Shown: positions 1 through 10,133, counted from the stretch's first letter. The stretch is 64,000 nucleotides of DNA from Gemmatales bacterium (GCA_041640595.1 JBEPZY010000006.1:191607-255606), one strand, 5' to 3'. The notes: generated from the sequence alone by a model not told the origin. Numbers and translations: made by a program.

Positions 1-1475
1 ACAACATCTCCCGGCATAAGCGACACCTCGCATGCCCGGTAGGTGGCATCGGTAACGATGCCGATGGGCAAACCGATGTCATCACCCGTGGCGATCTCCT
101 CGACGCGATCGTTCTGGTTTCGGCGGAGAATAGGAGGCAGGTGTCCGGCGTTGACCAGCACCAGTTTGTGCGACTGGGTATCGAGCACGCCCAGGGCGAG
201 AGTGACAAACCGGTCGGCCAGGCCGGCCTGGTGCAAAGATTGATTCAGCATGGCCACAGCCAGATGCGGTGCCGGTTGCGTCAACACGCAATAGCGAACG
301 TCGGCAGTCATGCGGGCCATCAGCAATGCAGCAGCCACACCTTTCCCGGCGACATCGCCAACTGCCAGCACCCATCGCCCATCTCCCAGCGGCAAGACCG
401 TGTAAAAATCGCCCCCCACATAACGCGCTGCTTTGTAGAAGGCGTGAAACTCGTACTCCGGTAGCCGCGGCAATTCCGAAGGCAACAACACTGCCTGCAC
501 CTGACGGGCGAACTCCATTTCCCGTTCGAGTCGCTCACGAGTAACCCGCTCTTCATGCAGGCGTGCATTCTCCAGGGCCAGTGCTGCCTGATTGCATACC
601 GCCACTAACAGTTCCAAATCCTCTTTGTTGAATTGCCGATTGCGATCCTGGGTGTCGAGCTGAATGACCCCGAGAATCTTGCCGTCCTGGTTACGCAACG
701 GTGCGCAGATCACCGAACGAATCAGGAAGTCGGCAATACTTTCGCTGGCGCGAAATTGCGAGGCAGAGCTGGCATCCTCACACAAAAATGCTTCCCCGCT
801 CCGCACACATTCTTCAATGATGGTACGCGATGGACGAGCCGTTTCCTCGTCTTTTTCCCGGCGGCACTTCCGGGCCCGCACCAGCCAGCGTTTGCGCGAC
901 TCATCGGGCAACACCAGAAATGCTCGGTCGGCCTGGCGGAATATCTGGAATAAACCTTCCAGCACCTGGGGCAGCAGCTTTTCCACTTCGAGGGTCCGGC
1001 TCAGCGTGTTGCTGATCTCCAGTAACATGCGCAACTTATCGGCCGGCTGAGCCTGCAACAGCAGATAACTCGACTCGTCCTTCACCGCCAGCCGACTCAT
1101 CACTGTCGAACCACCGATTTCCTCCCCTTCGTCCTCTTCTTCGGGACGAAACTCGGGCGGAAGCGGCTTTGGTCGGGCTCCCTGCAAAAATTGAAATCGA
1201 AATTCGCAAATGCGAATCTCATCCTGATCCCGTAGCCGCACCGGCACCCTGGGTTCCAGGGTGTGGCCATTGACGATCGTCTTATTGCGACTATCCAGGT
1301 CTTTGATGTAATATTCGTCCGGGCCTCGGCGAAAGATTTCCGCATGTTCCCGGCTCACTGCCGGGCTGGGAATGACCAGATGGCAGCTTGGATTGCGACC
1401 AATGATGAACGACTCCTCTTGCAATTCATAGCGTGAGCCAGCATTGGGACCTCGAACTACTACCAGGGCCGCCAT
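1..1475 (-). CDS. FHA-GAF-SpoIIE (PP2C/RsbU-type) Ser/Thr phosphatase; 3' end runs off the window
   Basis: Translated by hand (absent from the ORF track): MAALVVVRGPNAGSRYELQEESFIIGRNPSCHLVIPSPAVSREHA...IKDLDSRNKTIVNG (FHA); RSVICAPL...LGVIQLDT...QAALALENARLHE (GAF); AARYVGGDFY...GDVAGKGVAAALLM...VNAGHLPP (SpoIIE). Confidence 0.9.
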   Translation of the reverse strand, partial: MAALVVVRGPNAGSRYELQEESFIIGRNPSCHLVIPSPAVSREHAEIFRRGPDEYYIKDLDSRNKTIVNGHTLEPRVPVRLRDQDEIRICEFRFQFLQGARPKPLPPEFRPEEEDEGEEIGGSTVMSRLAVKDESSYLLLQAQPADKLRMLLEISNTLSRTLEVEKLLPQVLEGLFQIFRQADRAFLVLPDESRKRWLVRARKCRREKDEETARPSRTIIEECVRSGEAFLCEDASSASQFRASESIADFLIRSVICAPLRNQDGKILGVIQLDTQDRNRQFNKEDLELLVAVCNQAALALENARLHEERVTRERLEREMEFARQVQAVLLPSELPRLPEYEFHAFYKAARYVGGDFYTVLPLGDGRWVLAVGDVAGKGVAAALLMARMTADVRYCVLTQPAPHLAVAMLNQSLHQAGLADRFVTLALGVLDTQSHKLVLVNAGHLPPILRRNQNDRVEEIATGDDIGLPIGIVTDATYRACEVSLMPGDV

Positions 1476-1565
1476 GGCTTCTTTCCCGTTCCCCAACCAG
1501 GTTCTGGTTTGTCCAAATAAGTACCCGTGCGCAAGGATGGTTGCTTTTTGGCGATTGTAGCCCTT

Positions 1566-1785
1566 ACCTCCCTGCCCTGTCAAGCAAGCGCAGTGCTGAT
1601 GGGTCCGTATGCTGGCAACGACAACTCACCAGCTCCCTGCCGTGCCAAACAACCGCATCGTTTCCCACAAAAAGCGACTGTTTGACAGCCCCCTTTAGCT
1701 CGCTGCCCTGCCGGGTAATTACGTCGTTTTCCACACAAAGCGATTGTGCAGCGCCGCGCGTCAGTTCCCTGCCCTGCCAAAGCAC
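1566..1785. repeat. Degenerate ~66-bp tandem repeat, about 3.3 units
   Basis: A 16-nt motif of the type agctccctgccctgcc recurs at 1566, 1631, 1697 and 1763. A second block, tcgttt(c/t)ccaca(a/c)aaagcga(c/t)tgt, is shared by the two middle units. Confidence 0.7.
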
Positions 1786-1894
1786 TGTTCCGCGAACCTC
1801 GCCGAGGACCCAGCAAAAGCCACATCGGCTCTAAACACCTTTCCACCCACAGTGCTGACCTATGCCCATTTCTGCCAAGAACAAGGGAAAATGC

Positions 1895-1924
1895 TTGACT
1901 CAGTTGCCAGCGGTGAGTTATAAT
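1895..1924 (+). promoter_or_regulatory. Sigma70-type promoter for the 1966 gene
   Basis: TTGACT-18 nt-TATAAT, followed by an AGGAG ribosome-binding site just before ATG 1966. Confidence 0.6.
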
Positions 1925-1965
1925 CGAGCTAATTCACTGGGACTCGCGCCCCTAGGAGCCTTTAC

Positions 1966-3057
1966 ATGAAGCGAAGTGCAGCATTGCGGGTGGAAGCACT
2001 GGAAGATCGCTCTGTGCCAGCCGGTACCGTAACCATTTCCGGATGGGGAACCGGCAACATCAATGTCATCGGTGACCCCCAGGACAACCAAATCGAAATC
2101 ACCCAGCCTGGCGGCCCAGCTACACTGAGGATTACAGGTCTCAGCGGCACTACTCTGGCTCTTGGAACCATCCCCGCTTCCTGGGTTTCTAGCACAGTCC
2201 CCTCCACGCCGCCCTTTACCCAAGTGGACCTGGACTTGTCTTCTGTCAGCCTGGTCATCAATCAACTCTTCGTGGACCTCAGGGCTGGTAATGATACCCT
2301 CAGCATCAATGGGGTCACTACGGCGGGCAATTTGATCGCGGCTTCCAGCGGTAACACCGGTAGCGACAACGATGTCTATCGCCTGGGCGCAGACCATGCT
2401 GGCAGAGCCCTGTTAATTCGCGACAGTTTCGGGAGCAATAGAGCTATTCTCGATGCCGTCACAGCCCAAGACCCATCTACAATCTTTTTCGGAGCGGGCA
2501 ACGATTTCCTGCTCATTGCAGGCAGCGGTACTATCTTCGCTAACGATTTGAAGATTTTCATGGGGGCTGGAAGCGATATCGTCCGGTTCGTTCCGGGCAC
2601 CTCGCTTATCCAGGGCGATCTCCTTATCAACACCACTTCCAGTGTTGGCGATGGTGGTGACGCGGTGCTGATTGAGTGGGCCACCAGTCCCACCGCTCCT
2701 CCAACGCTGCAGGTTGACGGAAACACGACCATTGTTACAGGAAATGGAGCGGACTTGGTTCGATTTGGTTTTGGTACCGGCACCGGCCCGAGCGCCAAGC
2801 TCGGAGCGACTGCCAATAACACAGTCAACATCAATACTGGCAACCACAATGACAAAATCTTTGCCTCGCGTGTACAGTTTCCACTACTTACCGTTCAGCT
2901 CGGCAACGGCGACGATCAGGTTATGAACAACTGGGGCACTGCCAGTGTCAGCGTTGCGCCTGGCTCGGTCATAGATGGAGGCCCACACGTCAATGGCGAC
3001 ACCATACCGTGGACTCCACCGCCACCGCCTGGCTTAACCGCGATAAACTTTCCGTAA
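1966..3057 (+). CDS. Secreted/surface beta-rich protein with planctomycete-type N-terminal export motif
   Basis: N-terminus LRVEALEDRSVPA resembles the planctomycete 'LE.LE.R' motif; repeated G-x-G-N-D turns (RAGNDT, GAGNDF, GNGADL, GNGDDQ); Gly/Thr/Asn-rich. Confidence 0.7.
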   Translation: MKRSAALRVEALEDRSVPAGTVTISGWGTGNINVIGDPQDNQIEITQPGGPATLRITGLSGTTLALGTIPASWVSSTVPSTPPFTQVDLDLSSVSLVINQLFVDLRAGNDTLSINGVTTAGNLIAASSGNTGSDNDVYRLGADHAGRALLIRDSFGSNRAILDAVTAQDPSTIFFGAGNDFLLIAGSGTIFANDLKIFMGAGSDIVRFVPGTSLIQGDLLINTTSSVGDGGDAVLIEWATSPTAPPTLQVDGNTTIVTGNGADLVRFGFGTGTGPSAKLGATANNTVNINTGNHNDKIFASRVQFPLLTVQLGNGDDQVMNNWGTASVSVAPGSVIDGGPHVNGDTIPWTPPPPPGLTAINFP

Positions 3058-3185
3058 TCAGCAGCGCAAACTAGCCTGGCACGCGGAACGGTCCAGGCCG
3101 GTGGTCGTGGCCCCTTTTTGCGGACACCGGCACGTTTGGCTACGGTGGCCCGATTTCCTTCCGGGCATGTCTGAAAATCGCCGAT

Positions 3186-3258
3186 TAGCGGCGGGTGGAT
3201 TCGAACCACCGACCCACGGCTTATGAAGCCGCTGCTCTGACCACTGAGCTACGCCGCC
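3186..3258 (-). tRNA. tRNA-Met (CAT), probably elongator
   Basis: GGCGGCGTAGCTCAGTGGTCAGAGCAGCGGCTTCATAAGCCGTGGGTCGGTGGTTCGAATCCACCCGCCGCTA folds as a cloverleaf with anticodon CAT. The G1-U72/G4-C69/G5-C68 acceptor stem fits elongator Met better than Ile2 or fMet. CCA is not encoded. Confidence 0.92.
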
Positions 3259-3581
3259 ACTCTTGAGGTTTGCGGCAAAAGGCAAGGTGCCATCGGCACC
3301 GCACCATTTATCGAGCTACGCCAGGACAAGGTTCACGCAAATTGTTCCTGGGCGTTTCGCTCGCGCCAGTTTTCCCTACTGATTGTATCACCGCACTGGC
3401 CAGCGTGTCCAGCAGGCCGGTGCGGACATATTTGCTTCCCGGAAATTGATCGCATCAACCTTGCCCGCAGCCGAGCGTTTCATACCTAAATAGGCAACCC
3501 TCCTGTACCCTGCCTTCCCCAATGATTGCCTCCGAATTGTGGACGATGGCCGTACCACTGAACCCATAAAGGAGAGCGACG

Positions 3582-4478
3582 ATGCGTGTATGCTTTTGCG
3601 TTGCTGGAATGCTCGTGCTGATGGTGAATGCCGCCCCTGAACCGACAATCGCTCAGGATGGTGCCGGCAAAATCCGCGTGGTGATCATTGACGGCCAGAA
3701 CAACCACGATTGGCGCAGCACTACGCCGTTCATGAAGCGAGTGCTCGAAGAGAGTGGGAAATTTACCGTGGACGTGTCATCAAATTTGCGGCCCGGCGAC
3801 AAACCCGGCCGTGTACCCACCGTGCCATTCCCGCCCGATTTGAGCAAGTATGATGTGGTGCTGAGCAATTACAACGGTGCTCCCTGGCCGAGCGAGTTTC
3901 AGAAAGAACTGGAGACCCGTCTGCGGGAAGGCAAGATTGGTTTAGTCATCGTGCACGCCGCCAATAACGCTTTCGGTAACTGGGCCGAGTACAACCGCAT
4001 GATCGGTTTGGGCTGGCGTAACCCCAAAGGCGGCGAACGCATTTACCTGGACGACAACGGTCAGCTGGTGCGCGTGCCCGCCGGGCAAGGTGATGGTTCC
4101 GGGCATCGCTATACCGGTGAATTTACTGTCGTCATCCGCGACCCTGAGCATCCCATCACAAAAGGACTGCCTCGGGAATGGCGGCATACTCGCGATGAAC
4201 TGTACGACAATCTGCGAGGCCCCGGGGAGAATATGCACCTACTGGCCACCGCCTACTCCAAAGGTACCCGGGCTCATGAACCCATGCTCTGGACGGTCAG
4301 TTACGGTAAGGGCCGCGTTTTCCACACGCCGCTGGGGCATGACCTAAACGGCATGCGTTGCATCGGCTTTATTACAGTGTTACGGCGTGGTACGGAATGG
4401 GCAGCCACCGGCAAAGTGACCATTCCTGTCCCGGACAATTTCCCCACCGCCGACAAGACCAGCGCTGTCAAAGAGTGA
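3582..4478 (+). CDS. Secreted ThuA-like domain protein
   Basis: Signal peptide; IIDGQNNHDW, YDVVLSNY, LVIVHAAN, HPITKGLP, DELY, EPMLWTVSYGKGRVFHTPLGH, RRGTEWAATG motifs. Confidence 0.85.
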   Translation: MRVCFCVAGMLVLMVNAAPEPTIAQDGAGKIRVVIIDGQNNHDWRSTTPFMKRVLEESGKFTVDVSSNLRPGDKPGRVPTVPFPPDLSKYDVVLSNYNGAPWPSEFQKELETRLREGKIGLVIVHAANNAFGNWAEYNRMIGLGWRNPKGGERIYLDDNGQLVRVPAGQGDGSGHRYTGEFTVVIRDPEHPITKGLPREWRHTRDELYDNLRGPGENMHLLATAYSKGTRAHEPMLWTVSYGKGRVFHTPLGHDLNGMRCIGFITVLRRGTEWAATGKVTIPVPDNFPTADKTSAVKE

Positions 4479-5723
4479 TCACTCCACGGTGATGCGAAGC
4501 AGGTCGTCTCGCAGTTCCGGCAATTCCGCCAGACGATTTTGCCGGGCGGCTTCGCGGAACCGACGCAACGTAAGTTCCAGATGCTCTGCCGCATCCGGAT
4601 AATCTTCTCGGACGTCGTTGACCTCCCAGCGGTCATCCGGCTTGATGTACAACTGAGGCGGTGGGATAGGGCGATCCGGCAGGCTTCGCACCGGCAGAAT
4701 CAGGTACCATTGATGCGTGCGGAGCGACCAGCACTCATCGAACTCCGATCGGCCAATGGCACAGGCGTATTCGCGCAGTTGCACATACTCGCCGCGTGCC
4801 AGTCCCAGAATGCTCTTGCCGTGAATTTCCTGGGGAACGGGAGCGGCGAAATATTCGAGCAAAGTCGGGAAAAAGTCCACCGGTTGCACCAGCTGCTGAA
4901 TGCGTCGGCCTGCTTCTTTGCCGCCTGGCCAGCGGAGCAATAGCGGCAGGTGCACCATCTCTTCGTGTAAACAAACCCCGACATCGCCAACCAGTCCATG
5001 CTCGCCCAGAGGCAGCCCGCAATCGCTGGTGACCACCAGGAGCACCTCGTCGTACAGCCCTTTGCTCCGCAGAAAGTCCAAGAGCATGCCCAGCCATTGA
5101 TCCACGCCGCTGACTACCCCGGCGTAACTGTAAAGCAAAACCTCGCGCTCCTCTTCAGTCAAATCCACGCCGACCCGTCCGATCTTCGGTTCGAGGATGG
5201 GTTGCTCCGGTGCCCCTTCGAGAGATCGAACGGCGTCATGGTCATATAGAGCCGACTCCCACGGCGGCTGCAGGGCACCTAACTCCAGCCATAACAACCA
5301 CGGATCGCTGGCGGCATACCGGCTGAGCCAATCGGTGGCGGCTTGGATACAACCAGCCGTGAGACTTTCTTGCTCGAGTTCCGCCAGACGATTTCGCCGG
5401 ACTACCTGCACCATTTCCCAACCGCTGGCCCAGACCCCACGAATACTCGGACTGCGTTCATCACCGATGAAGACCGTGCGAACTCCTTGTTCCCACAGTA
5501 ACCGCAAAAGGCCTGGAGTACGGCTGGGACCACCGAAACCATGTCGGCCCGTAAACCAGCTCCGCCGCACTGCGATCGGCGATGCCCGATCCACATAGCA
5601 CTGGTCAAACACAATGCCTTCCGTGGCTACACGATCGAGCGTAAAAGTATCCAGCCATTCGCTGCCGTAACAGCTCAGGTATGCCGGTTGCAGCCGATTG
5701 ACGACTATCCAGATGCACTTCAT
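4479..5723 (-). CDS. Sulfatase/alkaline-phosphatase-superfamily protein with degenerate active site
   Basis: LSCYG, TFTLDRVATEGIVFDQCY, FTGRH, YAGVVSGVDQWLG, TSDCG, HLPLLLRWP, VDFFPTLL, IHGKS. The C/S-x-P-x-R motif is not present. Confidence 0.8.
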   Translation of the reverse strand: MKCIWIVVNRLQPAYLSCYGSEWLDTFTLDRVATEGIVFDQCYVDRASPIAVRRSWFTGRHGFGGPSRTPGLLRLLWEQGVRTVFIGDERSPSIRGVWASGWEMVQVVRRNRLAELEQESLTAGCIQAATDWLSRYAASDPWLLWLELGALQPPWESALYDHDAVRSLEGAPEQPILEPKIGRVGVDLTEEEREVLLYSYAGVVSGVDQWLGMLLDFLRSKGLYDEVLLVVTSDCGLPLGEHGLVGDVGVCLHEEMVHLPLLLRWPGGKEAGRRIQQLVQPVDFFPTLLEYFAAPVPQEIHGKSILGLARGEYVQLREYACAIGRSEFDECWSLRTHQWYLILPVRSLPDRPIPPPQLYIKPDDRWEVNDVREDYPDAAEHLELTLRRFREAARQNRLAELPELRDDLLRITVE

Positions 5724-6213
5724 GTTCCTATCACCCAGGCGATCCAGGAAATGGCTTGAAAAGCTGTTTTCACGAGCCGATCTTCCCGAAATAACGGAGT
5801 TACTGTCCCGAGACCAGCAGCATTCCAGCCAATCAGCTCAGGAACATTGTAGGATATGCCGCCTTCCGGAAACCCGCAACCTGACGTTTCACAGGATTGA
5901 TCCAACGCGACCGCGAACGGAGCCGTTCAAACTTCTCGATAGCGGCAACTCAGCCCACGCCCACACTCCACATAAATCAGCAATACACGACCGGAGCCGC
6001 TCAGTCTTCCTGATAGCGGCACCCCCGCGAAAACTACCCTGGCAATTCCCACAAGCTTTACGCAAGTGCCGGCCTGACCCGGTCAGTTGACGTTACCAAC
6101 GCCCGGACACAAAATATTGTGGTGACGGAAGCTGCCGGACAACACGTTATTGTCAGCAACCGGACTGCCAATCAGGCCAATGGCGCGCCAAACGCACCAG
6201 GGATCAGGAATCC

Positions 6214-7494
6214 ATGACTCCAAAAATTCACCTCGAACGAATGATGCATCGTGACGTTATCAAAGTAGCCGGCGAGTCCGTAGCCAGCTACGCCTTGATC
6301 AAGTTGATACCGGCCGGGGATTTCAATGCCGTGCCCATGCGGCTAAACGTAGCCCTGGCTCTGGATGTCAGCGGCTCGATGTACGAAGAAGACGGTACGG
6401 GTTTGAGTCGCTTGCACCGTGTCCAGGAAGCTGCTCGTCGCGCGTTACAGCAGTTGCAGCCGCACGACCTCATCAGCATTGTCGCGTTTGGCCACGATGC
6501 CCGCGTCATTTTGCCGCCCACACCTTTGTCCGAGCGGCAGAAGATTGAGGATCACCTGCTGGCCGTGGATCAGTTCAACGTGGACCCCGGCGGCACTTCT
6601 ATGGATCAGGGCATGCAACTGGCCGTGGCAGAGCTCCAGAAAAATCACGGCGAGGGCATTCTATCTCACCTGGTTATCCTCACCGATGGCGAGACTTCCG
6701 GTGAATCCCTGTGCAAACAAATCGCCGCTTCCTTGCCCCAGCAAAAGATGCATCTCACCATCATGGGGATCGGCACGGAGTGGAATGCCAACCTGGTGAA
6801 AGAGTTGGCCAAACTGAGCAACGGCAAATGGTTTTACATCGAAGCCGAGAAACGCGAGGAAGCCGAACGCATTTTCGTTCAGGAATTTACTCATCTGGCG
6901 AGCACAGCGTTTACTGAGGTGGAGATGCATCTGCGTCCACTCAAGGATGTCCGCGTGAAACGCTGCCGGTTAGTGGTGCCGGAAATCCGCGAATTACCCT
7001 TGCGGGAAGTAGAAGAGCGGCATCTGGTCGCGGACCTCGGCACATTGGAAAAGGACAAGTCCACCCGCTACATCCTCGATTTCAGTTTGCCGCCACGACC
7101 GGACGGTGATTACGTGATTTGCCAGGTGGAAGTTACCTACAAACTCGGAGCGGTGCCTGGCACCACTGGCGCGGTACCGCTGAAGGTGCGTTACTCGGCT
7201 ACGCAGCCCAGCTATGTCAACGCCGAGGTCATGAAGCACATTGACGATGTGCAAATTTATGAGATGAATGCCAACTTGCAGCAGGCGATCCAACAGAATA
7301 AGGTTGAGGAAGTCAAGCGTCTGGCTCAGGCTATCGAACGCAAGGCCACTATGCTTGGCCCGCGCGCGGCCAAGAAAACTATGCTCGCCAAACAGGCGTT
7401 GCAGGAAATTAACGCCGGTGGGCGCGTCTCCAAGAAAACCATGCTCGCTCTGGAAGATTCCATGCGACTGGCGGAGGAAATGCCCACCAGCTGA
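6214..7494 (+). CDS. von Willebrand factor A domain protein
   Basis: MIDAS motif LDVSGSM, GGTSM, ILTDG; C-terminal beta-sandwich followed by a helical tail. Confidence 0.88.
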   Translation: MTPKIHLERMMHRDVIKVAGESVASYALIKLIPAGDFNAVPMRLNVALALDVSGSMYEEDGTGLSRLHRVQEAARRALQQLQPHDLISIVAFGHDARVILPPTPLSERQKIEDHLLAVDQFNVDPGGTSMDQGMQLAVAELQKNHGEGILSHLVILTDGETSGESLCKQIAASLPQQKMHLTIMGIGTEWNANLVKELAKLSNGKWFYIEAEKREEAERIFVQEFTHLASTAFTEVEMHLRPLKDVRVKRCRLVVPEIRELPLREVEERHLVADLGTLEKDKSTRYILDFSLPPRPDGDYVICQVEVTYKLGAVPGTTGAVPLKVRYSATQPSYVNAEVMKHIDDVQIYEMNANLQQAIQQNKVEEVKRLAQAIERKATMLGPRAAKKTMLAKQALQEINAGGRVSKKTMLALEDSMRLAEEMPTS

Positions 7495-7567
7495 ACCGGT
7501 AGGCTTGCAATACCCAGGCCGTGCATCCATTGGCTAGCGAACAGCATCACTCGGGAGGACAGCATCC

Positions 7568-8458
7568 ATGATCCAGTGTCCGTTCTGCGGTTACAACAAT
7601 GAAGATGGCTCGCTCTTCTGCGAGCAGTGTAAGTCGGAGTTACCCGAAACTCTGGCTGCGGGCTCCCCTGTCGAAAAGCCTGTATCTTCCGGCCCGCCAA
7701 TCGGTTTTGCCACACCGGCAGCTGAAGCGATCCCGGCTGCGGAACCATTGCCGGGTGTCGCGATCGCAGAGGCCGTTCCTGCCGCTCAAATTTCACCTGC
7801 AGGTGTGCCAACGGCCGAACCGACTGCTCCGGCAATGCCCATAGCAGAGGCCGTACCCGTATCGCCGGCTGCACCGGTTGCCGAAGCCGTGCCGGTACCA
7901 CCAGCCGCACCAGTTGCTGAAGCTGTACCGGTGGCGGCGGCTCCTCCGGTTGCAGAAGCAGTCCCAACTGCGGCGCCGGTTGCCCCGGCTGCTTCTCCTG
8001 CAGCGCCGGCAGCGGAAACGCCAGGGGTTACACCCGCCGCGACGGTCCCGCCAGCCCCCACAACCACGCCCACGGCCACTCCATCCGCGGCACCAAGTCC
8101 AACCGCTCCGCCCGCGGCAGCAGTCTTTCCTCCGGGAAGCCAGCCGCGCCTCAAGGTGATTCGCGGCATGAAAATCGGGGACGAATTTCCGATTTACGAA
8201 GGCGAAAATTTCATCGGCCGAGCTGACGAAAAACCCGTAGATATAGACCTCGAATATCAGGAACCCCCTGACCGCATCTGGACGTCACGTCAGCACGCGG
8301 TGATCATTTTCGAAAACGGCCAGATGCATATCGAAGACCTGAACAGTGCCAACGGCACCTACGTCAACCGCCAGCGGGTTTATCCCGGCCAAAAACAGCC
8401 GCTCAAACCCGGCGACGTGATTCAGATCGGCACGGTGCAAATGCGGGTGATCGTTTAG
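7568..8458 (+). CDS. Zinc-ribbon / Pro-Ala linker / FHA domain protein
   Basis: CPFCG...FCEQC zinc ribbon; PVAEAVPV repeats; FIGRAD...SRQHA...EDLNSANGTYVN...GDVIQIG FHA motifs. Confidence 0.9.
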   Translation: MIQCPFCGYNNEDGSLFCEQCKSELPETLAAGSPVEKPVSSGPPIGFATPAAEAIPAAEPLPGVAIAEAVPAAQISPAGVPTAEPTAPAMPIAEAVPVSPAAPVAEAVPVPPAAPVAEAVPVAAAPPVAEAVPTAAPVAPAASPAAPAAETPGVTPAATVPPAPTTTPTATPSAAPSPTAPPAAAVFPPGSQPRLKVIRGMKIGDEFPIYEGENFIGRADEKPVDIDLEYQEPPDRIWTSRQHAVIIFENGQMHIEDLNSANGTYVNRQRVYPGQKQPLKPGDVIQIGTVQMRVIV

Positions 8459-9047
8459 ACGGCTCCTGGCCTGTAGCGACCGGCAATTTCCTCTAACGCT
8501 CGATGGCCGATGGCGGATGGCCTCTTCGGTCGCCTCGTCTTGCTTCTGCGTGCCACCCGAAAGATGGATTTGCCCAGAATCGTAGAGGTGAAGCTCCTGT
8601 TTGCCCGATGGCGATATATCCGTGAAGGCAAGTCCCGATCCTGGGTGATTTATGAGCCGAAGTGCGGGGCTAGCCGCCAATGTACCTGCTATTCCGAACA
8701 TCGCTGTTGGCGTTCTGCTTTTTCCGCAGAAAATCGGTTGTTCTCGTTGTGAGTAAATTGCCAGCAGTTCGTGCTGGTGTAGTGGCACCGAAATTTCCTG
8801 ATTGAGATGTTTCACCGCGTGTCGCACACGCAAACACATACAGAGCGCGACAGTATGGAAATTCCCTGGTTGAGATGCTTCGCCGCTGTTACGCAGATAG
8901 TACAACATCCGAAACGAGGTAAGAACACTGGTGCCCTGGCGAAGCAGTAGCGGTAGGCTTATAGTCAAGGGAACGATGCTGGCCCAGGCAACTCTTGTTC
9001 AGGGATCGGCTGTGCGCAATTGGCACGGAGCGTGAGAGGAGCTGCTT

Positions 9048-10133
9048 ATGCCAAGAGGATTGCGAGCTCTGGAATGGGTGGGCGAACGAGACGGCTTTTT
9101 GCGGATCGTTGACCAGACCAGGTTGCCGGGAGAAATACGTTATTTGCGACTGGAAACGGCGGAAGAAGTCTGCGAGGCGATTGTGCAATTGAGGATACGC
9201 GGGGCACCCGCAATTGGCGTGGCCGCTGCATTCGGTGTCGTGTTGGGAATGCGCCGGGCGCGTTACACAACGGCAGCGGATGCCCTTGCCCATTTGCAGC
9301 GAGTGGTAGAAATGCTTCGTGAAAGTCGGCCAACCGCGGTGAATCTTTTTCACGCTTTACAGCGCATGGAGCGAATTGGGCAGTCGGTGATCAAGGATCC
9401 AGCGTTCAACCCGGCGGTAAATGACCTGGTACCACGGTTACTGGCAGAAGCGAAAGCGATATGGGACGAAGACCGTAACCAGTGTCGCAAACTGGCCGAA
9501 CAGGGCGTTGGCCTGATCCGCGACGGAATGAATGTGCTGACTCATTGCAACACCGGTGCACTGGCGGCTTCGGATTACGGCACGGCGTTGGGGGTGTTGT
9601 TTGTGGCCCACGAATTGGGGCGATGCTTTACTGTGTACGCCACCGAAACCAGACCGTTATGGCAGGGAGCGCGACTCACCACCCTGGAGTTACAACAGCG
9701 TGGCATCGAGACGGTGCTGATCTGCGATAATGCTGCCGGCTGGCTGATGCGGCAGGGGAAAATCCACCTGGTGTTGGTCGGTGCTGACCGCATTGCAGCC
9801 AACGGCGATACGGCGAATAAAGTTGGTACTTACACTTTGGCAGCTCTGGCACGCAGGCATGGCATCCCGTTTTACGTTGCCGCACCCACCAGCACTTTCG
9901 ATCCAACTTTGCCCGACGGTGAAAGTATTCCTATCGAACAACGTTCGCCGCAAGAAGTGACACAACCGTTCGGCTTGACGATTGCCCCCGCAGGAATCCG
10001 TGCCGAAAATCCGGCTTTCGACGTGACGCCAGCCGATCTGATTACGGGTATTATTACTGAGAAAGGCATCGTCCAGCCCGTGCAGCAGGAAACCGTAGCC
10101 CGAATACTGCAAACTACATGTCACGAAGCTTGA
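9048..10133 (+). CDS. mtnA: S-methyl-5-thioribose-1-phosphate isomerase
   Basis: DQTRLP, RIRGAPAIG, SRPTAVNL, LTHCNTGALA, ETRP, GADRIAANGDTANKVGTY, NPAFDVTP. Confidence 0.95.
   Translation: MPRGLRALEWVGERDGFLRIVDQTRLPGEIRYLRLETAEEVCEAIVQLRIRGAPAIGVAAAFGVVLGMRRARYTTAADALAHLQRVVEMLRESRPTAVNLFHALQRMERIGQSVIKDPAFNPAVNDLVPRLLAEAKAIWDEDRNQCRKLAEQGVGLIRDGMNVLTHCNTGALAASDYGTALGVLFVAHELGRCFTVYATETRPLWQGARLTTLELQQRGIETVLICDNAAGWLMRQGKIHLVLVGADRIAANGDTANKVGTYTLAALARRHGIPFYVAAPTSTFDPTLPDGESIPIEQRSPQEVTQPFGLTIAPAGIRAENPAFDVTPADLITGIITEKGIVQPVQQETVARILQTTCHEA

Noticed and set aside
43..1345. Several short ORFs listed at the window start
   Set aside because: They are shadows of the minus-strand FHA-GAF-SpoIIE gene, which the track missed because its stop lies outside the window.
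1566..1785. Degenerate CRISPR array (66-bp period)
   Set aside because: Conservation is split into two blocks per unit rather than one repeat plus a unique spacer; the units are too divergent and no cas genes are present.
3186..3258. tRNA-Ile2 or initiator tRNA-fMet; tRNA as island integration site
   Set aside because: The acceptor stem lacks the C1:A72 mismatch of fMet and the C4-G69/C5-G68 pairs associated with E. coli Ile2. No duplicated tRNA 3' end or integrase was seen near either tRNA.
8285..8968. 227-aa minus-strand ORF between the FHA gene and mtnA
   Set aside because: It overlaps the FHA gene antisense, has no recognisable motif or RBS and has atypical composition; treated as intergenic.
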